Below are positions 19,687 to 29,839 of a stretch of 64,000 bases of DNA, piece by piece. Made by a program: the position numbers and the translations under genes. Origin of the DNA: Chthonomonadales bacterium (GTDB taxonomy: Bacteria; Armatimonadota; Chthonomonadetes; Chthonomonadales; CAJBBX01); contig JBBIPC010000001.1 of assembly GCA_037443035.1 (NCBI GenBank), positions 192,001-256,000 of the forward strand, written 5' to 3'. Within the stretch, counting starts at the first letter, position 1; every line of letters begins with the position of its first letter. Below the pieces are notes generated by a model, which saw only the letters and a list, made by a program, of their open reading frames with translations, searched no databases and was not told where the DNA came from.

Positions 19687-20769
19687 ATGGTCACCATAGA
19701 CCAGCTTCTGTATACGACAGTGCATCATCAAGGCTCGGACCTGCACATCAAGGCCGACAGCCCTCCTCTTGTCCGGATTCATGGCGACCTGGTTCAGCTC
19801 GAGATGGACCCGCTTACGCCGGAGGAGACGAAGGCACTGTCCTTCAGCGTGCTCAACGAGGCGCAACGGGCACGGTTCGAAGATGAGCTGGAGCTCGACT
19901 TCGCTTACGAGATACCGGGGTTGGCTCGGTTCAGGGGGAATATCTACCAGCAGAAGGGAGCGGTGCAGTCGGCTTTCCGCGTGATCCCGCTCCGAATACA
20001 GACGATGGAAGAGCTGGGGTTGCCCGCCGTGTGCCAGTACTTTGCCGAGAGGCCGCGCGGGCTGGTGCTCGTCACTGGCCCGGCCGGCTCAGGTAAGTCA
20101 ACAACGCAGGCGGCGATGATTGACTATATCAACAACAACTATCCAGTTCATGTCGTGACGGTCGAAGATCCCATCGAGTTCATTCACGAAGACCGCCAAG
20201 CGCTCATCAACCAGCGGGAACTGGACACGGACACGCTCTCGTTCGCGAATGCGCTGAAGTTCGTCCTGCGGCAGGATCCCGATGTTATCCTCATCGGCGA
20301 GATGCGAGACCTCGAGACCATCCATCTCGCCATCACTGCGGCAGAGACAGGGCACCTGGTCTTCGGCACCCTACATACAACCGACGCCGTCCAGACAGTC
20401 GACAGGGTCATCGATGTGTTTCCCACGTACCAGCAGCAACAGGTCCGTATGCAGCTTGCGGTGAACCTGATAGGGGTCATTTCACAGACTCTGATCAAGA
20501 GGGCAGACGGACAGGGGCGTGTGGCGGCCTTCGAGACTCTGGTCGCCATTTCGGCGGTGCGGAATCTCATACGCGAGAACAAGACATATCAGATAGGCTC
20601 GCTCATCCAGACGGGCCAGCGTCATGGCATGATGTCGCTGGACCAGTCGCTGGCGGACCTAGTTCATCGGCGCCTCGTAACGTACCAGGATGCCCTGGAG
20701 AAGGCGTCCAACCCCAAGGAGTTCAAGGCGCTGGTGGGTGTCGAGGAAGAACCCGAAGCAACCAGCTAG
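19687..20769 (+). CDS. pilT: PilT family ATPase 3
   Basis: GPAGSGKST, LRQDPD, TLHT, AVRNLIRE. Confidence 0.93.
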   Translation: MVTIDQLLYTTVHHQGSDLHIKADSPPLVRIHGDLVQLEMDPLTPEETKALSFSVLNEAQRARFEDELELDFAYEIPGLARFRGNIYQQKGAVQSAFRVIPLRIQTMEELGLPAVCQYFAERPRGLVLVTGPAGSGKSTTQAAMIDYINNNYPVHVVTVEDPIEFIHEDRQALINQRELDTDTLSFANALKFVLRQDPDVILIGEMRDLETIHLAITAAETGHLVFGTLHTTDAVQTVDRVIDVFPTYQQQQVRMQLAVNLIGVISQTLIKRADGQGRVAAFETLVAISAVRNLIRENKTYQIGSLIQTGQRHGMMSLDQSLADLVHRRLVTYQDALEKASNPKEFKALVGVEEEPEATS

Positions 20770-21524
20770 CGGCAACACGAGGAGCAGGGCGGCAGGTCTC
20801 CTGCTTCGAGTGCCGCCGTGAGGATTGCGTCTCGGTTCTCGACGAGAAAACGAGACATGATCTCGCTCACGCGCCCATGCTGAGGCTCATCCCTCGAGAG
20901 ACCTGTGCCGAGATTGGTGACGCATGCGAGCGCAGCGTAGCATAAGCCGCTCTGGCGCGCAGCAACCACCTCGCTCACGCCCGTCATGCCAACGATGTCA
21001 GCTCCCCATTGCCGATAGAGCCGTACTTCAGCCGGTGTCTCATAGCGCGGTCCTGCGGCCTGAAGATATATGCCCGCAGTGTACACGCACGGCCCAGGCG
21101 CGAACTTCGATACCAGGATACGGCGGACCTGAGGACAGTACGCCTCGGCAAAGCTCTGGTGAACCGGGCCATGGGCGGTGCGCCTGTATCCGTCCACAGA
21201 CGGGAGCTCTCGCGCACCAACGAAGTCATCCGGAATGACTGTAGCTGCAACCGGTAAGTCCGCCCTCAACGCGCCCACTGCTGACAGCCCGACAATAGCT
21301 GTCACACCCAGGGAACGGAGCGCCTCCATGTGAGACCCGTGCCCGATCTCATGGGGTGCGCAGGCATGGGTCGGTCCATGCCGTGGGAGCACCAGGACGC
21401 TTCGGCGCTCATAGTGGACCCTGTAGAGGCCGACAGGATGCGTTGACGTACGGATACGAAGCTCTTCGCGCACGAGACCTCGTAAGAATCCGCGGAAACC
21501 CGTGCCGACTATGACTGCCGTCAT
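20766..21524 (-). CDS. MTAP-family purine nucleoside phosphorylase
   Basis: IVGTG, LPRHG..H..PH, GPRYETPAE, DIVGMT, VTN. Confidence 0.85.
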   Translation of the reverse strand: MTAVIVGTGFRGFLRGLVREELRIRTSTHPVGLYRVHYERRSVLVLPRHGPTHACAPHEIGHGSHMEALRSLGVTAIVGLSAVGALRADLPVAATVIPDDFVGARELPSVDGYRRTAHGPVHQSFAEAYCPQVRRILVSKFAPGPCVYTAGIYLQAAGPRYETPAEVRLYRQWGADIVGMTGVSEVVAARQSGLCYAALACVTNLGTGLSRDEPQHGRVSEIMSRFLVENRDAILTAALEAGDLPPCSSCCR

Positions 21525-21558
21525 GCTTCCCACAACCCAATCTGCTATTCTGGGGCAT

Positions 21559-23700
21559 ATGAGCATGATCCTGCAACAACGGTGGCACCGAGGTCGGGTG
21601 CTTGGCATGGCGGCGGGCCTCGTTTTCGCATTGGCCGCGACATGGCCGCTGGCGCTTCGGGGAGGCGCTCTCTATTGGGGCGACGTTCTGCTGTACTTCT
21701 TGCCGATGCTGGAGTACGTCCAGAACGAGATAAGGGCCGGGCGCATACCCCTGTGGAACCCGTATGTCTTGAACGGTCAGCCGCTCGTGGGGAATCCTCA
21801 GGTGGCTCTTTTCTACCCGACGACGTTGGCGCTACGCCTGTTGGACGTTGACACGTTCCTCTCATTCACGGCGGTCTTTCACGTGTGGCTCGCCTGGGTC
21901 GGCACTTATCGCTATCTGAGGCTTCTTCGCCTCACTCGTGTCAGCAGCGTCCTCGGTGCTTGCACTTTCGCTGGCAGCAGCGCCTTCCTAGCGCGTATGC
22001 AATTCCCGACCATGATTCAAACAATGGCGTGGTTGCCGTGGGTGCTCTGGGCCGCGAGGCGGGTTGCTGGAAGGCCGGATGGAAGGCGGTTGTGCGCTCT
22101 CGGTGTCGTAGTAAGTCTGGCTGTGCTCGCTGGTCATCCCCAGATGGCGTATGTCGCGCTGATCCTGGCAATGGCTACAGCACTTGCGCACGCCCACCGC
22201 CGCTTAGCACCTCTGGAGTACAAGCTCAGGGTGACCTATGCAATCAGTACAAGTCTAGTGCTGGGGGCGGCGTTGTCCTGTGTCTTCTGGCTGCCGGTGG
22301 CAGAAACGGTGAGGATGTCATCACGGCAGTCTCTTTCCCTTGACATGGCGGACCGCTTCGTGCTGAGGCCAGAGCATCTATTATCGCTCGTGTGGCCGGG
22401 GTACTTCGGAGATCCTGCCAGGGGAACCTACTGGACGCAAGGCAACATGTGGGAACCGGCTCTCTATCTCGGCCTGCCGCAACTAGCTCTGGCGTTTCTG
22501 GCCATGCGACGGTGGCGGACCGACCCACGCGTTGTGTACCACTGCCTTGTGGCTGGCCTGAGTCTCTGGCTAGCATTAGGAGCTCGCGGCGGCCTCTACG
22601 CTCTAGCGTACTACGTCATACCGGGTATGTCCGGTTTCCACGATCCGGCCCGCTTCTGCGTACCGGCTTCGCTTGCCGTCGCCTGTCTCTCGGCCCTCGG
22701 ATTGGAGCACGCCTCAGTACGCTGGCCACGCATGAGAGCGTGGGGAGCTGTGGCGTTCTGTGTGGTTGTTGCTCTTCTCTGGACTTCCCGCCTGACACCC
22801 GTCATCGCCGCATCGGAGTTGAGGTACCGCGCGCGACTGGCCGCCATTGGAGAAGGGCACCGTGTGTACTCGCCCATGCGGCAAGAGCAGTGGTACCGGT
22901 ACGTGAACTACGCCGACTACGGTGCTGGTACAGGGCGGTACGTTCACGAGCTGACAGACACGGTGTCGCCGAACATCGGCATGCGATACGATATCGTGGA
23001 AGCAGGTGGCTACGAACCAGTTCCCATCGCTCTTGCGACGGAGCTCGAAGGGACCGTGCGAACCGCGTTGAGGTCCAAGACGCCACTCCTGGAACCACTC
23101 CTGAGCCTTGTAGACGCGAGGCTCGTACTCGTTCCGAATGGCTATCGTTACGTATACCCTTGTCTGACGCCGGTCCCGATACTTGGCAACCGGGTGTACC
23201 GGACTCGGACAGCCATCTCTCGAGCTTGGTTCGTCGAGGGTGTCAGACATATCCCCGATACGTCACGAGCGCTCGTAGCCATGTCTCGAGCAGGATTCAG
23301 CGAGCGCAGAGAAGCGATCGTACACACCAGGTCTGACTTCGTGTTCGAGCGAAGTCCGCGAGGGATGCCAGAACGCGTCACGGTCACGCTGTCGCCTGGT
23401 ACCATGACACTTCGGTTCGCGCCTGAACCGCTTCCACGCTTTCTCGTCGTGTCCTCTACATGGATGCCAGGCTGGCGTGGGACGGCAAGAGGCCGGTCTC
23501 TTCGCGTGGAGCGGTGCAACGTGTCTCTCATGGGTGTCGTGGTACCACGTGATGTGGGCCAAGTTAGGCTGGCTTACCGGCCTGCGGTCTTCCTGGTTGG
23601 ATTGTACGTCACCATGTGCACCCTCATGTGCCTGCTCGTGGCAGCGTTCAGCCGTATCCTCCTCGCTGTCCGCACGCAGCCAACTTGCGGGGTAAACTAG
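21559..23700 (+). CDS. YfhO-family (GT-C-like) membrane protein (start uncertain)
   Basis: PLWNPYVLNGQPLVGNPQ...FYP, LAGHPQ, YLGL, PARF, PGWR...RLAYRP. Confidence 0.8.
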   Translation: MSMILQQRWHRGRVLGMAAGLVFALAATWPLALRGGALYWGDVLLYFLPMLEYVQNEIRAGRIPLWNPYVLNGQPLVGNPQVALFYPTTLALRLLDVDTFLSFTAVFHVWLAWVGTYRYLRLLRLTRVSSVLGACTFAGSSAFLARMQFPTMIQTMAWLPWVLWAARRVAGRPDGRRLCALGVVVSLAVLAGHPQMAYVALILAMATALAHAHRRLAPLEYKLRVTYAISTSLVLGAALSCVFWLPVAETVRMSSRQSLSLDMADRFVLRPEHLLSLVWPGYFGDPARGTYWTQGNMWEPALYLGLPQLALAFLAMRRWRTDPRVVYHCLVAGLSLWLALGARGGLYALAYYVIPGMSGFHDPARFCVPASLAVACLSALGLEHASVRWPRMRAWGAVAFCVVVALLWTSRLTPVIAASELRYRARLAAIGEGHRVYSPMRQEQWYRYVNYADYGAGTGRYVHELTDTVSPNIGMRYDIVEAGGYEPVPIALATELEGTVRTALRSKTPLLEPLLSLVDARLVLVPNGYRYVYPCLTPVPILGNRVYRTRTAISRAWFVEGVRHIPDTSRALVAMSRAGFSERREAIVHTRSDFVFERSPRGMPERVTVTLSPGTMTLRFAPEPLPRFLVVSSTWMPGWRGTARGRSLRVERCNVSLMGVVVPRDVGQVRLAYRPAVFLVGLYVTMCTLMCLLVAAFSRILLAVRTQPTCGVN

Positions 23701-23733
23701 TGCCCATCAAGGGCGCACGGTCGAGCATCTCCA

Positions 23734-24150
23734 ATGCAAGTCGCTGAGTACCTTCGCGGTCATGTTGTAAGCGTGGAACAAGCCGCCTCGCTCGAGGAGG
23801 TAGCGCACATATTCGAGTTGTACCAGCAGCCTCTCGTGCCGCTGATTGACGACGGCGCACGATGCGTGGGCGCGATCTCGGCAAGGCGACTGGCCGCGGC
23901 CCTCGCGCGAGAGGTACCTGGACTCGAGCTGCTCGACAAGACAGTGCGATCGGTTGCCGATGACAAGACTGTCATGTGTGCTCCCGAGGACCAGGTTGTA
24001 GACGTAATGCGGAATATGCAGGCCGAGGACGTTCCTGCGGCGGTCGTGGTTCGGGATGGACTTGTAGTCGGTCTTCTGGGCTGGCCAGAGGTGGTAGCTG
24101 CGCTGGCGGAATCTTGCCGTGGCGTGGCGCCGTCTGCTGCCATGCCGTAG
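23734..24150 (+). CDS. CBS domain protein
   Basis: Two CBS-like units (VPLIDDGARCVGAIS; VVVRDGLVVGLL). Confidence 0.75.
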   Translation: MQVAEYLRGHVVSVEQAASLEEVAHIFELYQQPLVPLIDDGARCVGAISARRLAAALAREVPGLELLDKTVRSVADDKTVMCAPEDQVVDVMRNMQAEDVPAAVVVRDGLVVGLLGWPEVVAALAESCRGVAPSAAMP

Positions 24151-24174
24151 TGGCACGTCACTTCATAACGGAGG

Positions 24175-25371
24175 ATGGTCCCTGCAATGAATTCCAAGCG
24201 CTTGACGCGCGTTTCTGGAGTGGCACTTGCTATCGTCGCTTGTACGCTCGTTGGATGCAAGTCCGTGAAAAGTGGTGCGACAGCGAAACCGTCGGAGATC
24301 GTGGTGGGCGAGTACGCGTCTTTGACTGGCACGACTGCCACATTCGGCACGTCGACTCATCGCGGTGTACAGATGGCTATTGACGACGCCAACGCAGCAG
24401 GCGGAGTGAATGGCGTGCCTCTACGGCTTGTGACCGAAGACGATGCGAGCAAGCCGGACGTAGCGAGAACAGTGGTTACCAGGCTCATCACTCAGGACAA
24501 GGTCATCGCCGTGCTTGGCGAGGTTGCCAGCACGCGGTCCATGGCAGCAGCGCCTGTGTGCGAGCAATATAAGGTCCCCATGATAACCCCGTCCTCGACG
24601 AATCCAGAGGTGACGCGCAAGGGGGAGTACATTTTCCGCGTGTGCTTCACGGACGACTTTCAGGCCGCGGTTGTGGCGCATTTCGCCGCGGATCAGGGAT
24701 ACAAGCGGGCGGCCATTTTCAAGGACATCAAGAACGACTACAGCGTAGCCTTCGCCGCGAACTTCGCCGCCGAACTGAAGAAGCTGGGAGGCCAGATCGT
24801 GGCTGAGCAGGTGTTTCAAGAAGGGGACACGGATTTCAAGGCCCAACTCACAAGTCTGAAGGCTGCGAATCCTGACGCCGTCTTGGTGCCGGGTTACTAC
24901 AGTGAGGTAGGCACGATCGCCCGGCAGGCACGCGAAGTCGGATTGACGGTTCCCCTTCTTGGAGGCGACGGTTGGGATTCGCCGCGCCTCATTCCTGGCG
25001 CAGGAGGGCCGGGTGGTGCGCTGGAGGGTTGCTTCTTCAGCAATCACTACTTCTCCACCGAACTCAAGGAGAAGGCGACTCAGGACTTTATCGCTGCCTT
25101 CCGGAAGAGATACAGCACCTCGCCCGACGCTCTAGCTGCCCTGGGATACGACGCAGCGCGGCTACTCGTCGATGCGATGAAGCGATGTCCCAAGCTGGAT
25201 GCGAAGTCGCTTCGTGACGCCATTGCTTCCACCAAGGACTTTCCTGGTGTGACAGGCAAGATCACGCTGGACATGAACCGGAATGCTCGCAAGGCTGCTC
25301 TCATCCTACAGGTCAAGGGAGACCGTTTCACGGTCTTCAGGTCCTATACACCGGAGCAGATCGGGCAATAA
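24175..25371 (+). CDS. livK: branched-chain amino acid ABC transporter substrate-binding lipoprotein
   Basis: Lipobox LVGC; GEYASLTG, GEVAS, FRVCFTD, GGDGWD, FPGVTG. Confidence 0.85.
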   Translation: MVPAMNSKRLTRVSGVALAIVACTLVGCKSVKSGATAKPSEIVVGEYASLTGTTATFGTSTHRGVQMAIDDANAAGGVNGVPLRLVTEDDASKPDVARTVVTRLITQDKVIAVLGEVASTRSMAAAPVCEQYKVPMITPSSTNPEVTRKGEYIFRVCFTDDFQAAVVAHFAADQGYKRAAIFKDIKNDYSVAFAANFAAELKKLGGQIVAEQVFQEGDTDFKAQLTSLKAANPDAVLVPGYYSEVGTIARQAREVGLTVPLLGGDGWDSPRLIPGAGGPGGALEGCFFSNHYFSTELKEKATQDFIAAFRKRYSTSPDALAALGYDAARLLVDAMKRCPKLDAKSLRDAIASTKDFPGVTGKITLDMNRNARKAALILQVKGDRFTVFRSYTPEQIGQ

Positions 25372-25373
25372 GG

Positions 25374-26483
25374 GTGCAGGCGTTCCTCCAGCAGGTGATT
25401 TTCGGCATTCAGCTCGGCAGCTTGTATGCCCTCATCGCCCTGGGGTACACGCTGGTCTACGGAGTGCTGCGTCTCATCAACTTCGCGCATGGCGATGTGT
25501 TCATGGTGGGCGCCGTAGTCTGTTACTATGCCTGCACTCGCTGGCTACCGTTCCGCAACCTCGAGGCGTATCCTGACGCGGCACTTGCCAACGTCGGTCT
25601 CGCACTCGGCGTGCTACTCCTGGCCATGGCTGTGTGCGCAGTACTCGGCATGGCCATCGAGAGGTTCGCGTATCGGCCCCTACGGAATGGTCTGCAGACC
25701 GTAGATGCCCACTTCTGGGGCATGGTGGCGGCACTCCCTGTTGCTATCGGCGCGCCCTTGCCGGGTCTTCCGGTCCGTGCAGTGGTATGGCTTGCGCTTG
25801 GCGTCGTGTTCGGCTTTCTTCTTCGGCCCGTTGTCTCTCGGCTGGCCCGGCGGACGGTTCGGAGCTCATCTCGACTGAACGCTTTGATCACGGCCATCGG
25901 TGTGTCGTTCGTGCTGGAGTATGGGGGTCTGCTGGTGTTCGGTGCCGACCCGAACTTCGTTCCGACGGTTGTTCCGGAGCGCACATTCGAGATTCCAGGC
26001 GGCATACGAGTAGGAACACCGCAGATGGCGATTCTGTGCATTTCTCTCTTGCTGATGGCCATGTTGCGTTGGATCGTCCTGCACACGCGTCGTGGTAAGG
26101 CCATGCGCGCGATTGCGTTCGATATCGAAGCGGCGAAGCTCATGGGTATCAACACAGACAGCGTGATAGCCTTCACCTTCGCCCTCGGTGGAGCGCTCGC
26201 CGGTGCGGGCGGGGCCCTTGTGGCCGCGCTCACACACGTGAAGATCACCCCGTTGTTCGGCCTGCTGCCTGGGATCAAGGCGTTTGTGGCCGCGGTGCTT
26301 GGTGGACCCGGCTCCATCCCTGGCGCTGTCTTGGGAGGCCTTCTCATGGGCCTGGCTGAGGCATTCGTCGCAGGATCGCAGTTCTCAGCATACCGAGACG
26401 CGATCGCCTTCTGCATACTCATCATTTTGCTCCTGGCACGACCAACGGGCCTTCTTGGGCAGCCGGTGACCGAGAAGGTGTGA
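25374..26483 (+). CDS. livH: branched-chain amino acid ABC transporter permease
   Basis: LYALIALGYTLVYGVLRLINFAHG, GKAMRA, KAFVAAVLGG. Confidence 0.9.
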   Translation: MQAFLQQVIFGIQLGSLYALIALGYTLVYGVLRLINFAHGDVFMVGAVVCYYACTRWLPFRNLEAYPDAALANVGLALGVLLLAMAVCAVLGMAIERFAYRPLRNGLQTVDAHFWGMVAALPVAIGAPLPGLPVRAVVWLALGVVFGFLLRPVVSRLARRTVRSSSRLNALITAIGVSFVLEYGGLLVFGADPNFVPTVVPERTFEIPGGIRVGTPQMAILCISLLLMAMLRWIVLHTRRGKAMRAIAFDIEAAKLMGINTDSVIAFTFALGGALAGAGGALVAALTHVKITPLFGLLPGIKAFVAAVLGGPGSIPGAVLGGLLMGLAEAFVAGSQFSAYRDAIAFCILIILLLARPTGLLGQPVTEKV

Positions 26484-26486
26484 GCC

Positions 26487-27521
26487 ATGATCGGCTGGGC
26501 AGTCTCGCGGCTTGTGGGTGTCACGGTTCTCCTGACGGCGCTGGCGTTTCTGAGCAACGCCCTTACGGAGAGTCTGGAGACGTATTACTTCCTGATCATT
26601 ATCCAGTGCGGCATTGCGGCAACCCTCGCTGTCAGTCTGAACCTCATCAATGGCATAACCGGCCAGTTCTCCATAGGACACGCAGGCTTCTATGCTGTGG
26701 GCGCATACGTGGGAGCTGCGTGGACCATGCTGTGGCGCCCACGTCTGGAAAGTACGCTGCCAATCCTGAGCATTGGGAGCCCGACGGGAGATATCCTCAA
26801 CCTTCTCATAGCGCTGGCTCTCGGTTCTCTGGCTGCAGCCCTGACAGGAGTAGTTGTAGGCACACCGTCCTTGAGGCTCCGCGGCGACTATCTCGCCATA
26901 CTCACACTCGGTTTTGGTGAAGTGATCCGAGTTGTGCTGCTGAACATAGACGCTGTAGGTGGGGCTAGAGGACTGACCGGCATACCGACGCTGGTAAGCA
27001 CCGGCAACCTGGCGTTTTTCTGGGTCGCCCTTGTACTCATCGCCGTCACAGTGCTGACGCGTAACCTCATGCGGACGACGCGAGGTCTGACGTGGCTGGC
27101 AGTGCGGGAAGATGAAATGGCTGCGGATGCTATGGGCGTCAATACCACGCGGGTGAAGGTGACAGCCTTCGTCATCGGGTCCGGCTTCGCAGGGGCCGCC
27201 GGAGTCTTGTACGCGCACTTCTTCACCGGCATCAGCCCAGATATCTTCGGGATGGATGTCTCGATCATGATCACCACGATGGTGGTACTCGCCGGTACAG
27301 GCAGCGTCACGGGCGCCATTATCGCAGGCATCGTCTTAACCGCGTTGCCAGAGGCCTTCCGATTCCTGAAGGACTACCGGATGCTGATCTTCTCCACCAC
27401 GCTCATCATCATCATGCTGACCCGACCACAGGGAATCCTCGGTCACAGCGAGCTGGGCTTCGGTAGCTTCTTCCGTCTCTATCGCCGACTCTCGGGTCTG
27501 CGGAGAACATCATCGGCCTAA
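26487..27521 (+). CDS. livM: branched-chain amino acid ABC transporter permease
   Basis: GITGQFSIGHAGF, LRLRGDYLAILTLGFGE, AVREDE. Confidence 0.9.
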   Translation: MIGWAVSRLVGVTVLLTALAFLSNALTESLETYYFLIIIQCGIAATLAVSLNLINGITGQFSIGHAGFYAVGAYVGAAWTMLWRPRLESTLPILSIGSPTGDILNLLIALALGSLAAALTGVVVGTPSLRLRGDYLAILTLGFGEVIRVVLLNIDAVGGARGLTGIPTLVSTGNLAFFWVALVLIAVTVLTRNLMRTTRGLTWLAVREDEMAADAMGVNTTRVKVTAFVIGSGFAGAAGVLYAHFFTGISPDIFGMDVSIMITTMVVLAGTGSVTGAIIAGIVLTALPEAFRFLKDYRMLIFSTTLIIIMLTRPQGILGHSELGFGSFFRLYRRLSGLRRTSSA

Positions 27522-28291
27522 TGGAACCGCTTCTAGAGGTCAAGTCGGTCACCAAGTACTTCGGTGGTCTCGCGGCAGTCGCCAACATCGACCTCGCGAT
27601 CCGAGAAGGTGAGCTCGTAGGGCTCATTGGCCCGAATGGGGCCGGTAAGACCACCGTCTTCAACCTGCTCACAGGTGTCTACGTACCCAACGATGGCACC
27701 ATATGCTTCGCAGGACGCGTCATCAATGGTGCAAAGCCGCATCGTGTGGCGGCGCTCGGCATCGCCCGGACCTTCCAGAATATCCGCCTATTCAAGACCC
27801 TGTCGGTCCTCGAGAATGTGAAGGTGGCAGCCAACCTGCGGGCAAGCAGTTCCTTTCTCGCGTCGGTGTTCCTGCCACCGTCACAGCAGAGGGAAGACGC
27901 AGTCATCGAACGAGAGTGTATGGACTTGCTGGATCGTCTCGGGCTGAAGGACCTGGCAGATGCACCGTCGGTGTCCCTTCCGTACGGACTACAGCGACGG
28001 CTCGAGATCGCGAGGGCGCTGGCAACGAAGCCGAGATTACTCCTTCTCGATGAGCCTGGCGCCGGGATGAACCCACACGAGAAGACGGAACTCATGGACC
28101 TGATTCGGCAGATACGCCAGGACTTCGGCTTGACAGTGCTCCTGATTGAGCACGACATGAAACTCGTCATGGGCATCTGCGAGCGCGTCTACGTGCTGGA
28201 TTACGGCGAGATCATCGCTGAGGGTACGCCGGAGGAGATCAGTCGTGATCCGAAGGTTATCGCAGCCTACCTTGGGGTAGGGGACGAGTGA
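27521..28291 (+). CDS. livG: branched-chain amino acid ABC transporter ATPase
   Basis: GPNGAGKTT, GIARTFQNIRLF, LPYG..RRLEIARAL, IEHDM. Confidence 0.92.
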   Translation: MEPLLEVKSVTKYFGGLAAVANIDLAIREGELVGLIGPNGAGKTTVFNLLTGVYVPNDGTICFAGRVINGAKPHRVAALGIARTFQNIRLFKTLSVLENVKVAANLRASSSFLASVFLPPSQQREDAVIERECMDLLDRLGLKDLADAPSVSLPYGLQRRLEIARALATKPRLLLLDEPGAGMNPHEKTELMDLIRQIRQDFGLTVLLIEHDMKLVMGICERVYVLDYGEIIAEGTPEEISRDPKVIAAYLGVGDE

Positions 28292-28998
28292 TGCTCTGCC
28301 TCGAACGGCTGGAAGTCCGCTACGGTGCCATCAGGGCATTGCGGGGCATAGACCTGCAGGTGCGCGAAGGCGAGATCGTTACGCTCATCGGAGCCAACGG
28401 TGCCGGCAAGAGCACCGCAATCCGAGCAATCTCAGGACTCGTACCACCATATTCCGGACGCATTGTCTACCGCGGGACGGATATCGCAGGTCTGCCGGCG
28501 CATGCCATCGTGGGTCTGGGGGTCTGTCAGAGCCCCGAAGGACGGCGAATCTTCGGCAACTTGACGGTGCGTGAGAACCTCGAGATGGGGGCGTATCTGC
28601 ACCACGGGGATGCCAGTCATATCGGCCAGAGCATGGAACGCGTTTTCGATCACTTTCCCAGGCTCAAGGAGCGTGTCAACCAGTACGGGGGCACGCTTTC
28701 GGGAGGTGAACAGCAGATGCTGGCCATCGGACGAGCGTTGATGGCACAACCTCGCCTGCTGATGCTGGACGAGCCTTCCCTGGGTCTCGCCCCGTTCCTC
28801 GTACGGCAGATCTTCGACATCATCCGGAACATCAACGAGCAAGGCGTTACGATCCTCCTCGTGGAGCAGAATGCGTATCAGGCCCTGAAGATCGCCCATC
28901 GAGGCTACGTACTCGAGACGGGTGAGATCGCGATGGAGGGAACCGCAGATGAACTACTGTCCGACGATCGAGTCCGCAGGGCGTACCTCGGTCGGTAG
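28288..28998 (+). CDS. livF: branched-chain amino acid ABC transporter ATPase
   Basis: GANGAGKS, PEGRRIF, LSGGEQQMLAIGRALM, VEQNA. Confidence 0.92.
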   Translation: MMLCLERLEVRYGAIRALRGIDLQVREGEIVTLIGANGAGKSTAIRAISGLVPPYSGRIVYRGTDIAGLPAHAIVGLGVCQSPEGRRIFGNLTVRENLEMGAYLHHGDASHIGQSMERVFDHFPRLKERVNQYGGTLSGGEQQMLAIGRALMAQPRLLMLDEPSLGLAPFLVRQIFDIIRNINEQGVTILLVEQNAYQALKIAHRGYVLETGEIAMEGTADELLSDDRVRRAYLGR

Positions 28999-29001
28999 GT
29001 C

Positions 29002-29838
29002 ATGACAGGCGTTAGGCTGGAGGCCGATGCCAAGGATATCGTGATTGCCGTGGGAATCGCATGGCTTCTGGGTGGTGCTGTGACCGGACGAGCGCGCCAG
29101 GCGATGTGGAAGGTTGGAGCGACGCTCGTTCCCGGGAGCACCGTCACCACCCGGGTTACGTACGGGTGGCCGCTGGGAATACCACTCGGAGACACGTCCG
29201 CCGTCGAGGTTCGAACGGAGGGCGGGAGCTTGGCGGCGCTGGCGACGCTGCAGACCTCGAAGACGGCAGCCTTGCCGGCCCACGTTCGCGAGGTACGCGT
29301 TCGGGCACGCAATGTGCGCATCCTGGGTATGGACGGGTGCGACGCAGTCCTGGCCCTCGGAGGAGTAGTCCTCGACGGGTGGAGAATACTCCGAGACGCT
29401 GAATGCACGATGCTCCGATCTGGCAACGGTGAAGCCGTCGTTGTTGTGCCGGCGACGGCGGTGGCCCGATTCGCGCGAGAGAGATTGCCTGGCACTGAGG
29501 ACATTCAGGTAGGATTCAGCTCGGAAGGGTTCTCGGTTAGCGGATACAGCATCATGCCACCCGGTCGGTTCAGCGCAGTCGGTTCACTACAGGTCCGAAG
29601 CGGCCGAGAGGTCCACATCTCCTGTTCCAGAAGCTGGCTCAATGGAACGGAGGTTCCGCCATCGGCCGTGGCAGGCTTCCTGAACCGTCTCAACCCAGTT
29701 TTCACTCTCGACCAGGCGCCAGAGCTTGGGAAGCGTCTGGTACTCATGGAAGCGCGCCCAACAGAGGGAGCGGTTCGGCTCGTCCTGCGAATGCTTCCTG
29801 TTTCCCAGGCAGATCTGCCCGAAGGACACACTAAGTAA
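29002..29838 (+). CDS. hypothetical protein, weakly DUF2993/LmeA-like
   Basis: Fills the gap between livF and gcvT; beta-rich with an LNPV motif near the C-terminus. Confidence 0.5.
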   Translation: MTGVRLEADAKDIVIAVGIAWLLGGAVTGRARQAMWKVGATLVPGSTVTTRVTYGWPLGIPLGDTSAVEVRTEGGSLAALATLQTSKTAALPAHVREVRVRARNVRILGMDGCDAVLALGGVVLDGWRILRDAECTMLRSGNGEAVVVVPATAVARFARERLPGTEDIQVGFSSEGFSVSGYSIMPPGRFSAVGSLQVRSGREVHISCSRSWLNGTEVPPSAVAGFLNRLNPVFTLDQAPELGKRLVLMEARPTEGAVRLVLRMLPVSQADLPEGHTK

Positions 29839-29839
29839 G

